From Pocillopora damicornis (taxonomy: Eukaryota): a stretch of DNA of 64,000 nt. Each line of letters opens with the position of its first letter. The stretch's first letter is position 1. The stretch spans positions 930,001 through 994,000 of the forward strand of contig NW_020845867.1 of the NCBI RefSeq assembly GCF_003704095.1, in the 5' to 3' direction. Below the pieces are notes generated by a model. It made no database searches. It was not told the DNA's origin and saw only the letters and a list, made by a program, of their open reading frames with translations. Made by a program: the position numbers and the translations under genes. Below, one piece after another: positions 11,501-24,196 of the stretch.

Positions 11501-14500
11501 TTGTAGTCACCAAAGTACTTGATTGCATCTGTTATAACCTCGATCTCTGCTGTTCCAGTAGCATTGGACTTCAGCTTTCCATCAAAAGTCATGACAACCC
11601 AAGGTGTAGGATATCCCTCGTATTTGCAGCGTACATATGTTGGATCACTGTTCCCCACGTAAGAGAACACAGGGTTGATTGAAGCCTTCTCATCAAAAAT
11701 AGGTTTAGCTACAAGGATATATTATACATCAGTAACAGCAAGCCTGAGTGAAATCCAAATTAGTATGTGATTACCCAAGTGATAAGCATGAGTACTCTGA
11801 TGGGCACCCTCTCCCAATTATGCACCCATCCCTAAAGTCCTAATGTCAAACAAGCACCCCCCCTCCTCCCTCACTTTCTTAAATGGCAGCAACACAAGGA
11901 AAACCTGTTTCTATTGCCGCATCATTCAAAACTTTTTAAGAATCAGCTAAAGTGGAATCAGTACTGATTAGTAGCTTTTAACTAGGCATTCTATTTTAAT
12001 AAACCACCCCTCCAATTGGCCAAAATTTTAATGTATATGCTGCTTTAAGTTTGTGCAGAAAAGTTAGCTGAAACAGAACAAAACACAAAATCCATGTAAA
12101 AGAGTGTCAATCAAAAATTTACATTGCAAACAGTAGCCAAGCCTTGAAGTTGCACAAATGAGTGTACCAGAATTTAACTATCATAAGCAAGTCTTGTATA
12201 GTGTAGCAACTCACATTCAACATTTATTGTTTTGTTCAGTCTTTTAACAATTAGATTTCCATATTGGTCTTCAGCACTGTTCCATGCTTCACATGTGTAG
12301 ACTCCACCATCCTCCACCTGAATTCTTCTGAACTCAATCATACTTTGACCACGAGTTTGCTACACAAACAAGAAATACACAACCTTCTTGAAACTTTTCT
12401 GAATCCTTTAAACCCTAGGAGTGACCAGCATCTACTTTCTCCAAGCAGTAAAATTGCTGAATCATTCATTACGATCATGAAAATAAAGGAAATGATTGCC
12501 ATCTTAACAAGTTTTGATTATTAAACAAATTCTCCTTGTCAATAGCAAAGGAAATATATTGTGAAGAGTATGAAGAATATGAATACTAATGTTTTTGGTT
12601 TGGTTTAATTGAAGGATAAAATCTATCACTGATCTTATGCAATCTACCCATAATCACACAACCTTTTTCTTAATGTAATGTACCATCACCCTAACCAAAG
12701 GTGATCTAATGTAAGCGGGAGATGACTCGTTTGGTAACCAATAAGATCCTCACCTGTTCACGAGGGTCTTTCTCGCCATTCCTGGTCCATCTCACATCTG
12801 GAGTGGGATATCCTGTGGCTTGACAAATTAATTTGTAATCACCACTCATCTTTACATCCTTTGTAACACCTTGGGTCGGATTAATGTTGGGTTCAACTAA
12901 AAATAGGAAAATCAAAAATTTGTCAGTTAACTGACATCTGTAAAACGGAAATCCAATTATAATTTAATGTAGATATACCAAAGTCCACAACCTTGAACTC
13001 TGTTAATTTAAACAATCAACTAAATTGAACAGAGTCCAACTCCCCTGGATTTGACCCCCATTTTTCATATACTAACAGCTACCTCAAACTTAGTGTTAAC
13101 AACTGAGCCACCGTAAAGGGTAAAAAAGTTGATGTTTCAAGCATTAGCCCTTCATCAGAGCGATTCGATTTCAATTTTCCAATCACTCTGACCAAGGGCT
13201 AACACTTGAAACATCAGCTTTTTACCCTTTACGGTGGCTAATTTACCTTTTCAACTCAGTTGTTAACACTAAATTACCTGCTATACTCTCCCACCAATGC
13301 TGCATCACAGTTTCTTAAGAAACTTACCCCTTTACCTCAAACTTGGGTTACTTGAACTCCCTCTTGATTTTAACTAATTTTACTTTCCCTTGGCTCAAAT
13401 TTACTCTGGTAATTTAATTTAGAACATAAATTTCAGAGTGTCAAAGCACAGCTGATCACCACTGAAACAAACATGATAACAATCATGAAATTGTAGTACA
13501 TTGGGCAAAATTTCCAGACTAAACATTCTAAGAAAAAATTTTTTGAATAACAAACAAATGTACAAAATGACTATTGATTGTGCAAGAATGGTACAAACAT
13601 GATTCCTTTATTAATCACTAACAATAAAAGTGACATTCAGCACCAATTTCAATAATTCAGACCCATGCAAACTCAAACCATTTTAAGTTTCCCTTAGAAG
13701 TTTGAGTTAGCAGGGTTTTACAATACAACAACCCTAGAAAAGTGATTGTTTAGATTGTTGGTTTTTTCCAAGTCTCCTCATACAACCAAAATACCTTTCT
13801 GGTTGCAATTTAGACAGAGCCATAAACACAAAGCCAACTAAAAGAAGTAAATTCATGAATGAAAACTCCATTTGCTTAATGGATATAATTTTCTTGAGAA
13901 GTTTACCAGTAGCCTTTATTTGATGTACTAGTCCCAAAGTGGGCATGAGTGATTCATTTATTAAATGATCCACAGGAAAGAAAAAATTAACATGAGAAGA
14001 CAGGAAAATACCGAAGAGCCAGTCTTTCCAGAGTATGGCAAAACTCAACAAGATCTTATGCAAGCAAAGGAGATTCTACTGTGTAAAATCTAAGGTAAGA
14101 AAGGGAAAAAATGCATATGTATCTGCCATACTCGGCATGCAAAGAAGTGGTAATATATCCGAAAAAGATAGATAGCTGGTTAAGGATGAGGAATGCCAAA
14201 ACATTGCCAACAATAAACTAAATTACTCAAGATCCCAACTTCGTGACATAAGTGCTTTATCCATGGTACTAGCTCAAATTCCAATTTTCTTCCTGTGAAC
14301 TTGCCACTCTGGTTAATTATTACGATTTGCTGTAAATTTACTAAGCCTTACCATAAACTTCAACCACTTCAACAAAAGCTTCTGCTCGTCCAACCTGCTC
14401 TGGAGTTTCCCCTATCTCAATGTAGGCCTCACACCTATATTTGCCTTTTTCAAAAGCACTGTCAACTGTTGTGAAGGTCAGATTACCATCTTGAATTTTG

Positions 14501-17500
14501 ATGTTTCCAAATTCACTCAACTCAACATTTTTGGGGGAGAACCACTTATACTTGGGAAGAGGGTAGCCTGTGGCCTCGCACAGGAAGGTGACAGGGTATC
14601 CCTCTGTTAAGTACTTCTTTGTTTGAGCAAATGGCTTGATCTTTGGAAGTTCTGGAAGACAAAAAAAGAACATAAGTTGCTTTATTTTTAAACTTAGACA
14701 ACTTTACCCCCAAGCAAACCACTCATGGAACACAAAAAGACGTGAGACCTCTTCCCCCTGCCTTTCACAAGGAGAAGCTGAGGAAAACATGGGTCTATAA
14801 CTGATGTAGATACAACTGGTTGAATGGTATTCCATGAAGCTAAGAACATCACAAAAGTTGAGCAAAAGAAGATTGATGATTTTCAATTTAGCGAATACTG
14901 TTCATTAAGTGGCTCTGCTTGCATTACCCATGAGGAAGTGAGCTCTCCAACACTTCCCTCATTGTAACAAAATGCATCATACTTTTAACATCATCTTAAA
15001 CACTAGGGCATCTATGAAAAGTTGTTATGTGTCAGGTTACATACCTACTGCATACACCTCAATTTTCACGTCATCCTCAGTACCGTCTTGCTCAATAGCA
15101 CAGGTATAATTCCCCCCGTCTGATTTTTCCACTTTACTTATTTTTAATGAGCCATCATCTTCAATTGAGTAGCGAGAGTTTACATTTGGACCAACTCTTT
15201 TTGAGCCTTTCTTCCAGGTAAAGATTGGTGTGGGGAAGCCAGTAACGCCAAGTCTTATAGTGCCTTCTTTATCTATTTGGATGTGCTGCACAGAGACAAC
15301 ATCTGATGTGTCAACTGAAATAAACAGAGGAATTTTTGGTCAATTTTGCACTGTTCTTTATTTAAGAGAAGACACAGGAAGCATTGTTAGTTGCAGTCAG
15401 TTTCATTGAGTCTCTTCAAGTCCAGTTGTTTTCTAGGTTGCCTATGGTTGTTGACTTGTTAGATAAACCTCTATACATTACCATCAGTATGAATATCTCC
15501 ATACCATTCTATTTACGTTCCCTATGATGCTGACAAGGAGAATTTGTTTCACAATCAAGAGCTGCTCTTAATCATTTCTTCTAATCCTGTGACCTGAATG
15601 TTTGATTCAGGGGTATAATATTGTACAGAGAAATTAGATGCTGGTCACTCTCAGAGGTCAAAATGCTTACAGGAATCAGTTCTAGCCATGACCTTAAACA
15701 AACTATCAAAGGTCTGTACCTGAAAAGAGTTATGAGGGTAAAAGATGGCTTCAAGAGGGTTTTATTAAAGGACTTATAGAGAATTTATAAAAAACTACTG
15801 CAGCAGTTTAAAACTGCTGTTTGAACTTGGAAGGTTTCCGTCCAAAATCCACAATATAAGCAGCAAATATTTGCTGCTTGGGCAGAAACTACACTGGCAA
15901 CATTGGTTATAAGCAAAGTAATGTGTAACTTACATTCAACATGCACTTTCAAAGATTTTGAATTTGTGGTTCCTTTACATGTATAAGTTCCCCCGTAGGA
16001 GACCTTGACATCTGTGAGTTTGAGCTTGTGGTTATTTCCATTAGTTTCCACAAAAATTTTTTCACTGGATGATGTGGGTACTTTTTTACCAGCTGGATCA
16101 AACCATCCTATAAATCTCTCACCATCTTTCACAGTACAAGTAACACTGTTTGTCTTTCCAGGCGAGGGTGTAATGAGTGTTTTTGAAAGAGTTACAGTAG
16201 CCACTATAAAAAAAAAAAGGTAAAAAAAAAGAAGAAAAGGTAAATAAGTACTTCAAAACAATCCATTTCGCTTGATATGACTTTCAAACATTGCTATGTA
16301 AATATCAAATTTGGTAGTCTGGGCCTACATCTAATTTACCAATATATCTTGCAAACAGGTAAGGAGAATAGACAACCTCATTGGTAAGAGGGTGCTATAT
16401 TGATCAAACACCAAATTCCCCAATCCAATTTGCAAGGAAATGTGTGACAGTCAGTAGGGCGAAATACTCCTATTATCTTGGGGCCCTAAGTGAATAGGGT
16501 GCACAGAGAGGAAAGAGGTATTTAAAACTAGAAACTCAGTTTCAAAAATATAAATTAAGTGACCCATTTCCTCCATGATCCAAGTGCTAAAAACAACTTC
16601 ACACAGACAAAAGTTAAAAGTTAGGATGAAGAACATAAAAAATTTGAAAATGCGTGCACTAAAACACGTAAAGATATGTCTAGTTACACTATGCACTGGA
16701 TGACAAGCTTTGACCTTAGAGAAAAATAGAACATGCAAACAGTTTCCTCTATGCTTGTTTATCATACTTCACATGTGATGAAAAACAGCTGAGATAAAAG
16801 ATTGATGGCTTCACGAATAACATACAATTTAGTTAAATTAAAACAATTTTTTTTAACTTAACGAACAATTCAATTAAAGATTCACTCCGTTTCTTCAAGG
16901 CATTGCCTCTCTAAGGAGTCTCTAACTAACGTCAGTAGGCAAGCTGTCTTTATTAAACGTAGAGTGGACTGAATCACAACATTAAAAACAAGAAGCCTTT
17001 TTCAAAATGTTTGTTACGTGATCCTTATCAGAGATGAAACGTGCAAAATCGCAGAGCTTTCCTAAAGGTCTCGTTATATCAGCTTAATTGACGTACACTG
17101 CCGTAAAACAGAACACGTATCAAGGGAGCTTAAAACATTTACAAATCCAGAGCCGATTGATTTGGCTCAATCCTGTCATAAATTATTCAACGAGGGAAAA
17201 TCGAGGGCAATTATGAACTGTCCTTTTTAGGAGAGATATGAAAACTGGTAATTATTTCTATAGGTACTGACTTTATAATTCACTGTCAGTTAAGCTAAAC
17301 GTTAAAATTTTTTATCCAACTATCTCAGAATTTACAAAAACCGGCAGATCTTTCGCGCGCAGGACGGCATTCAAGCTCTGCTTATAACAATAGATTTTGA
17401 GTGAAACAAAACAACTTCGAATCTCTCAAGTCACGTTCGATTCAAGCTAAAAGCCCACAGAGTAAATATTTAACCGAAATGCTTTCTTTTCAATAGAACG

Positions 17501-18851
17501 TAAACATACAGAGACGAAAAGAACTCAATTGGGAGATGGAAGCTTTTGAGAATGTAAACTTGTGGTTTATCGTAAAAATAACATGAAATAATTTGATGCT
17601 AAAGTAAGGTCTTGCTCGGTGAGTTGGTTAATTAGGGGTATTTCGTAGTAGGTGACATAAAAAGAGTAACACGTCACTCGGAAAATAGACTTCCTACATT
17701 TGTTACCTCTGAATATTTAGAATAATTTTTAGCTCAAAGGAAACCCTTTTCGTGAGTTTGATTATTTATGGATTTCTCTAAGTAGTTCATATCGGGCGCG
17801 TGATTCAGTTATGGAAGACATTTATGTTTACTCTTAACAATACGACGAAAGGAATACCGGTTACGCTCCCATAAATCTTCCATTTGCCTACCAAAAAGAA
17901 GGAAGAACCACTTATGAGCAGAGACCTCTATTCTGAATGTATTATGAACACTCCTGAAAATAAATAAAAGTTCTAACAAGGAATGTTGATGTTTAGTGAG
18001 AAATACTTGTAGCATGATAACACATCTCTCGTACGGCATCGGTCAAGGACGAAACGAGGTTAATGAAGATAAAGCCGACAGAAAACACAAAAGGATCCTA
18101 CAGAGTACATTGAAAATTTGAAACGAAAGAACAACGCAACTCCAGACTGACCACACTACATTGTGACATAACACGTTCTCGCTTTCAGCTTTCAACGTTT
18201 CTTCAACAATGTGACTTGAAGTCAATTTTGAACTCTTCGTGTATATCACACTGCAATCGACCAGATTTCTACTTCGCTAGTAAAATTTTAAATTTCTTGG
18301 CTCAGAGTTCTTTAAAATTAGAAAATACTAAACGACAGATCGTAGGTGACTGGAGGAAGAGAAGACGAGGAAGTGAAAGCACTGAATCTGTTCCTTCCAA
18401 AAAAAGCCACGCCGCTTGAAACTGAACATGGGGCGTTCACAAAAGCTATTTTGAGGTAGCTACGGATAAACCGTACTGTCTCTGCTTAAAGTTTCTTCTC
18501 TGCATGCCCGCAGCAAAAATTGAAGCCCTAAAAGTGAAAAATGAATAGGCCACGCGCGTCGAGATGCCTGAGAACAACACAAGAGATCTCCATTCGAATA
18601 AGCAACGTTTATCTCAACTGTCGCCCTATGACATGTACCTATGTGGCTGAACAAATTTCTCTCGTTTAGCCCCAAAAACATTTAAATTGAGTCTACTGGG
18701 CTAACTTTGAAAAAATATCTGAAGAGTTTAATAATTGCGCCAACAGAACATGACAATATCTCAGTATTCAAAATTATCAATGAACGTACTCACTTGATAG
18801 ACCGCAAAAGGACGCCATACCGGCGAACAGAAGAGCACACGCTCGCAACAT
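8514..18851 (-). CDS. NCAM/fasciclin-II-like adhesion molecule: signal peptide, 5 Ig, 2 FN3, predicted GPI-anchor signal (700 aa)
   Basis: Exons 18851-18794 (MLRACALLFAGMASFCGLS), 16203-15934 (Ig1), 15314-15045 (Ig2), 14651-14352 (Ig3), 12896-12754 plus 12359-12215 (Ig4), 11708-11442 (Ig5: FSYVGN...FGDYKCYAHNKFG, like NCAM Ig5 YTWEGN...FGNYNC), 10705-10436 (FN3: GGMPINKY), 9105-8803 (FN3), 8590-8514 (ETSSQSSLVPRAFLTICLGGMYLLL-stop). All introns are GT-AG and the 2103 nt total is one open frame. Confidence 0.9.
10792..11001 (+). mobile_element. Abundant ~200-bp MITE family (TTAA-CCCT...AGGG-TTAA type ends)
   Basis: Core ctgacaaggagaatttg...gatcatttcctttattctcatgacc...gtaaggagaaatt(a/g)gatgct is shared with at least 8 other copies in the window. 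Confidence 0.8.
12402..12595 (-). mobile_element. Same ~200-bp MITE family, reverse orientation
   Basis: Reverse complement of the core: aataaaggaaatgat...aaacaaattctccttgtc. Confidence 0.7.
13090..13335. mobile_element. Penelope-like element terminal fragment in inverted duplication, with hammerhead-ribozyme-like core
   Basis: Arms at about 13091-13162 and 13183-13272 are inverted copies. Each carries ctctga(tg/cc)aagggctaa(tg/ca)cttgaaacatc, which is a CUGANGA...GAAA core of the type known in Penelope-like elements. Confidence 0.65.
15463..15665 (+). mobile_element. Same ~200-bp MITE family
   Basis: catcagtatg...ctgacaaggagaatttg...gaaattagatgctggtcactct. Confidence 0.7.
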
Positions 18852-21000
18852 CTGAAATTTTCCAACAATAAAGAACAGAAAAACTTCTCCAAGATAAAAC
18901 TCAGAATAACTGTGCGAACCCCACGGCTGCAAGTGTTACTGTGGCTAATTCGAGTAACTATGAAAGAAGGCGTCAACTCTTTGGAATGACGGCGTTCTCG
19001 GTTGTAACATAATGCCTCAACGTGAGGCTTAAGTTTCGTTGACTATGTGAAAACAAAAAGATGACAGAGTAGTTTCCTGTTTCAATCGAGAATGATGTTA
19101 GTGTCAACTGTCAGCTTGATTAGATGGACATATCGCTGTATCTACGTCAAATCTGATAGAAGTGTTTTTGACGCAATCGCCGCAAAATTTGAAGTATGAA
19201 ATAACCACATTTTCACTGCTAAAAGTATATTAATTATTTTTAAGCAGTGTAATGGCCTTTGTATGCTTTTCTCTCAAAGTCTTTTGATGTCGACTTTAAA
19301 CATTTAACCAAATGGGAGCAAACATGTCAAAATTAATTGTTAAATATTGTTTTCGCCGGATTTGCCAGGTTTGAAGGTCAGTCTGGATCAATCATACTGC
19401 ATGTGATGTGGTATTTTGAACATCTCAAAATAAAGATATTTGTTCCTGTTTACACCCCAGGTGTAAGGAAATGAGAATTTGATAAGTTAGTGAGGACAAA
19501 AAAGAGAAGGTTACATTCTTTGACTAAGCGTTGTAACTGCGGGGCAAAAGAGATCTGCCATGGAATTTTCTAGGCGTTAACCTATTGTTCCTGGAAATTA
19601 CATAAACAATAAATTTAATTCATACGATGTTACTATTTTTGTGCGGGCTAAATCTTCATTTTCTTGAAGTTAATGGATCTGAAGGTGCGAAGAAAAACAA
19701 AGAAAGCTGGTCACAGCGGAGCAATTATGAGCCATTTGCGACGATTTTTACAATCATGATCTCAGATAATTATACCTTCTCGATTCGAGAGCGGAAATTA
19801 GGTAATATTGTTTTGGGTTAAGGACTGTTTTCTTGGCAAACTTTGAAGAACGTGCGATAGATTGATTTCAAGGCAGATCTGTTCACTGATCCAACCCCAC
19901 ACGGCTGCTCGGAATAGTAAAATAATAAAGTGTTTATCGTTTTCTCCAACTCAATACTTTGACAGAAACAAAATGAAGTCAGCTAAGCCGACCATAGTTC
20001 AACTTCAAAGCATGCAGCACTGGTTTGCGTCGCCACACGTGATAGCAAAGGTCGGATCGCGGTTTTGTTGAACACCCGTGAGTCCGGCAAGCGGGATCAG
20101 AGAAAATTGTAGGAAATGGGTTTCTGCAGGTGCAAAGGATCAAAAGGATATCACTCCATTCCTTAACTTCGTACGGGGCTAATGTTTAGCAAGTGGTTTG
20201 AATGAGAGGTTATCTAACTCAGCTGGTTTTCATGGGAATTTATCATACATGCACTTAGCCCAGGAAATCAAATGTTTGAAATGTTCTATCCGGTTTGTTT
20301 TTTCGACCCATGCAAAATATGAAAACAAAAGCGGGATGCAGGAGTTTGTAACTCGCTCGATGATTCTCTCGCTCTAAACTACTCGGAACCCATTTTTAAC
20401 TAAAAAAAAATTCGCCTTTCTATTTGCTAATCACAAATCTGTATGGCAGAGAAATTGGTAACACGCAACGCGCACGCAGCGGACTCTTTTTATTGCAAGA
20501 AAGAATATAAACACGATTACGTCGACTAAGCACGCACTGCGCGAGAGAAGTTTGTTGAAAGTTTGGAGCATGCTTAGAACAAGTCAGTAAATAGCTTACG
20601 AATTTCTAAGTGCGGTTTCAAGGAGAACGATTTAATGACTCAGCAGAGAGGATTCCCCCTACACTTTAGGTACTAAGGGTTGAACAACAGATTAGCTTTA
20701 TCCGACGAATCCTGTCAGCTAACAAACGTGACCTAGAAACCCTTAGGTATCGCAATTCTTAGCCCAGTTGGTAAAGACGGCGCAAAAATGACTCAATTTA
20801 GTGGTGTGCAAGGTAGCTTCCGAAGCGGTGAAGCCGCAAGGGCGCGCTCAGTTTCACCGTTGAAAACGTGACGCGAGAAGGTGGGAAACGTGTCAAGAAG
20901 TCCGAGAGCGCCATATGACGTCAACTCGCGCGCCGGAAAGTCCAAACAAGGCAGCAGTTTCCTCATTCCATGTTGTGTTGCGTTGCTATATGAAATAGTA

Positions 21001-21352
21001 GGGAGTTTAAGAAAACCACGACGGCAACGGCAACGGGAACGTCCCTAAACAAAAGGTTTAATGAGCAGAACAATGGCTATGCATATGCGTCATAAATCTT
21101 TGTAAATTTCTTCGCGTCCTCAGCTTGAAATGACCAAACTTTGCGTTGTCTGGAGAACGTGAACGACGTAGGTTAATTTTTTCTGTTCCTCTTTCTAATT
21201 TAGCGCTGTGTTCCATATTCATTTTCGAGATAGTTTGACAAAGAGAAAAAAACTAAATGACTTTGAGTATTGCGAGATTCGTAGGTAAAATATAACTTCA
21301 TTTTTTAACCGACGTTGTCCACGGGGTCGCCGTCGTCGTTTCTTAACCTCCC
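21001..21352. mobile_element. MITE with terminal inverted repeats and target-site duplication
   Basis: Ends gggagtttaagaaa / tttcttaacctccc, with the direct repeat tagta on both flanks (20996-21000 and 21353-21357). Confidence 0.75.
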
Positions 21353-22824
21353 TAGTATCAAATATGATAATACCTCAGTTTCGTTCTGCATACACGTTTA
21401 TTTCTTATTTCAGTTTTCGCCTTGTTTTCGTTTTTCCGTGTCTCATTTTCAGCGCGACTTTGAAGGTAAATTTTGACTCAGAAATAGTATTTATTGCACA
21501 CCCAAGATGTTTTATAATTTACTTAAAAACATTTAAACAATTTGCGTGCGTTGAAAATCTCATTTTAGCACTAGCTTAACAATGTCCGGCTTCCCGATGC
21601 TCTTTGGTTTGGGGGGCTAATTCTATCGTCATTCAACTGAGTTTTGTACTTCGCTAAAATAGTGATTATCAAAACACCATATGTGGGCGAATAAAAGTTC
21701 ATTCAAGTTGACAAAGGTTCTATAATTGACTTTTGAAACTGAGTCGAATTTATTTATAGTAATTCACCGCACGTCCGTGTAGCCGCTGTGCTCGTAAAGA
21801 AACTTCAGAGCCGAATGGTACGACCGGAAACATCAGATCCCCCAACCGCACATTTCTTTTTCGGGGAGCGATCGTCTCAGGTTAGCGAAAGGCGATCGCT
21901 TCATAACTTTAATGATCCAATAGATGACAGAAAGAGGGGCTGGACACTTAATAACTTTGTTTTTCTCCTGTCTAACTTTCCCACACACGATGCAATAAAA
22001 CTTATGCAAGACACGTTCTTTCCTTTAACTGTATGCATTCGTTGAAATTTACCCAAAGTTATCTATTTTCGTCATCTGAAATCCGTGTTAAGCTTCTAAA
22101 TCTTTAAACGTTCCCATTCCGTTTATGGTTTTACGTTCCTAGTTTGGTATTCTTCGATCCTACCACACCAAAGTCGCTAGATTTATTTACGGTAAAGGAA
22201 TTAGCACAGCGCAAAAAAAAAAAACTCATATCAAATAACTTTCCGAGTTATCTTCCAATGTCAGCTCGTTTGAACACTGAGGCAGGTGTTTTCAAACGAT
22301 TTCTCAGATCATGATGCAAGAGCTTTAAAATTAAAACATGAACAACCAGCATCCTTTTTTTTGCAATAAAAACATGAAAGTCCATTGCTCAGATGACAAA
22401 AATATTTTAAAAGTTTATTTGTATAAATAATTTTCTAAGTGAACTGTGTAGTATTGCGTCATAAAAGCCAACTCTCATTTCTTGTCGATGTCCATGCATA
22501 TGCACTGAGTTTTACCTTCTAAATATAGCCGTGACATCAAAAGCTCCTTTAAAAACAACCGAAGAAAATACCACTTGTGAGAATAAATAATTTTCATGAA
22601 TTCTTTTGGCGAAATAATAACACAAAGAAGTTTATTAAGTAAAGAGAGGGACGCTCTCAACAAAACTTCACATTCATGGTAGCGACACTTCTGCTCAACC
22701 TCACTTTAATAGCAGAAAAAAATATGATGTCCGAGAGCAGTTTATTTGCTAAAATATCAAGAACTCGATTGCCACAATGAAAAAACCACAACGAGGAGAT
22801 ATCGTAGGAAAATTTCGATAGATC

Positions 22825-22920
22825 GATAGATCCCCTGGAGGGGAGGAGAGAGGTAAGGATAGATCCCTGGAGGGGAGGAGAGATGTAAGGATAGATCCCC
22901 TGGAGGGGAGGAGAGAGGGG
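22825..22920. repeat. Minisatellite, 3 copies of a ~33-bp unit
   Basis: gatagatcc(c)ctggaggggaggagaga(g/t)gtaag repeated three times, the last copy truncated. Confidence 0.85.
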
Positions 22921-24196
22921 AGAGCGGGTAAAGGCAGAATTCTCTGTGAAGGTGTGGCGCCTTGTTCTCCAAATTCTCATCCTATCAACGATCAAAGCGT
23001 GGAAGTCATTTTCAGCACCTGCATTTGGACCAAGCTTCTGAAGTTGATGCACTTGGTTTGCAAATCTATGTCCCTCGCGTGCTCACGATCTCTATCATAA
23101 TGGACTTAACAACAGGAAAGAGACATTTGTACTGAGAAAAAGAAAAACACAACTGATTTTATTGCACACCTTGAAAAAAGGTCTAGCGTATAGTGACAAT
23201 TTGAATAAATAAATTTCTAAATGAGCTATGGAATGCAACGAAAATGTTTGGTATAGGTAATTTTTCCATATCTGCATTAACCTCATTTCACTCTTAGGCG
23301 ATCATAACTAGAAATTGTTTTTGTATTGTTTTTGTTTTTTATATCAATTTTTTGTTATCTATTTCTTCATTTGTTTACTTTTCTTTGACAAAATAGCAAG
23401 GGGAGCTCATCGACGCAAGAGAGGTTCCCCTCTTATAACAGCAAAAATGTTAAATCAACTTTATAGAGCGACACAATGTCAACGTACATCCCATCAACCA
23501 ACATTTGAGAAAAGCTTCGTCTAAAAGTTTAACGCAAAGACATTGTAGGAGAATATTACCGATAACTTAATCCACTCCGCTTAACGAAAATTTTAATTAT
23601 CTTCTTAATTCCGAAAATGGAGTCCATCGCTATCTCTCTCGGCGTACGTTTTGTTACGTGAGACAGTCTTTGAAAGGGGCCACCACTCGCGAAAGCGAAA
23701 TTTTGGGAGAGAAATGGCATTGTTAGTTAAATTACTCTGACTTTTCAGTGGCTCTAGGAGAGAAAGGGATGAGAAATACCCCAAGTTAAGGCACTCGTAT
23801 CCAGGTTTCTCACCGTTTCCCTCGTCTGTTCATCACTATGGGGTAGGTTATATGCTGAAAAATATAAACCTTAATTAAAAGGACTAGGGAAATTTTAACA
23901 TAAATTAAATTTTGTATTTCTGTCTGTCTCTCTAGAAATTTCCCTATTTTTAGAGATTTAATCTAGTACCAGCCCAGTGCTAAGAATCCTAATCTTCCTG
24001 AGCGATTTTCTATGTTTGGACCATTATTCGTCGTTGATCTCAAAATGTACGCCACACAAAAAACGCAAGTACTGAATCTTGTTGATGCTCTCGTTAACTT
24101 TTCCCAGTAGTCTCGACAGTTTTATTCAAGCGTGTTTGGTGCGCCAAATATCTCTGACCATAGTGACAGTACCAGTACCGGGGCAACAATCCATAC

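Noticed and set aside
17892-17954. Cassette or alternative first exon for gene 2
   Set aside because: It has splice-like ends but no compatible phase-1 open frame or signal peptide. Exon 18851-18794 explains the N-terminus well.
22825-22920. 33-bp repeats as a possible CRISPR array, and the overlapping ORF 22657-23052
   Set aside because: There are no unique spacers and no cas genes, and the context is eukaryotic. It is a minisatellite, and the ORF's repeated peptide simply reflects it.
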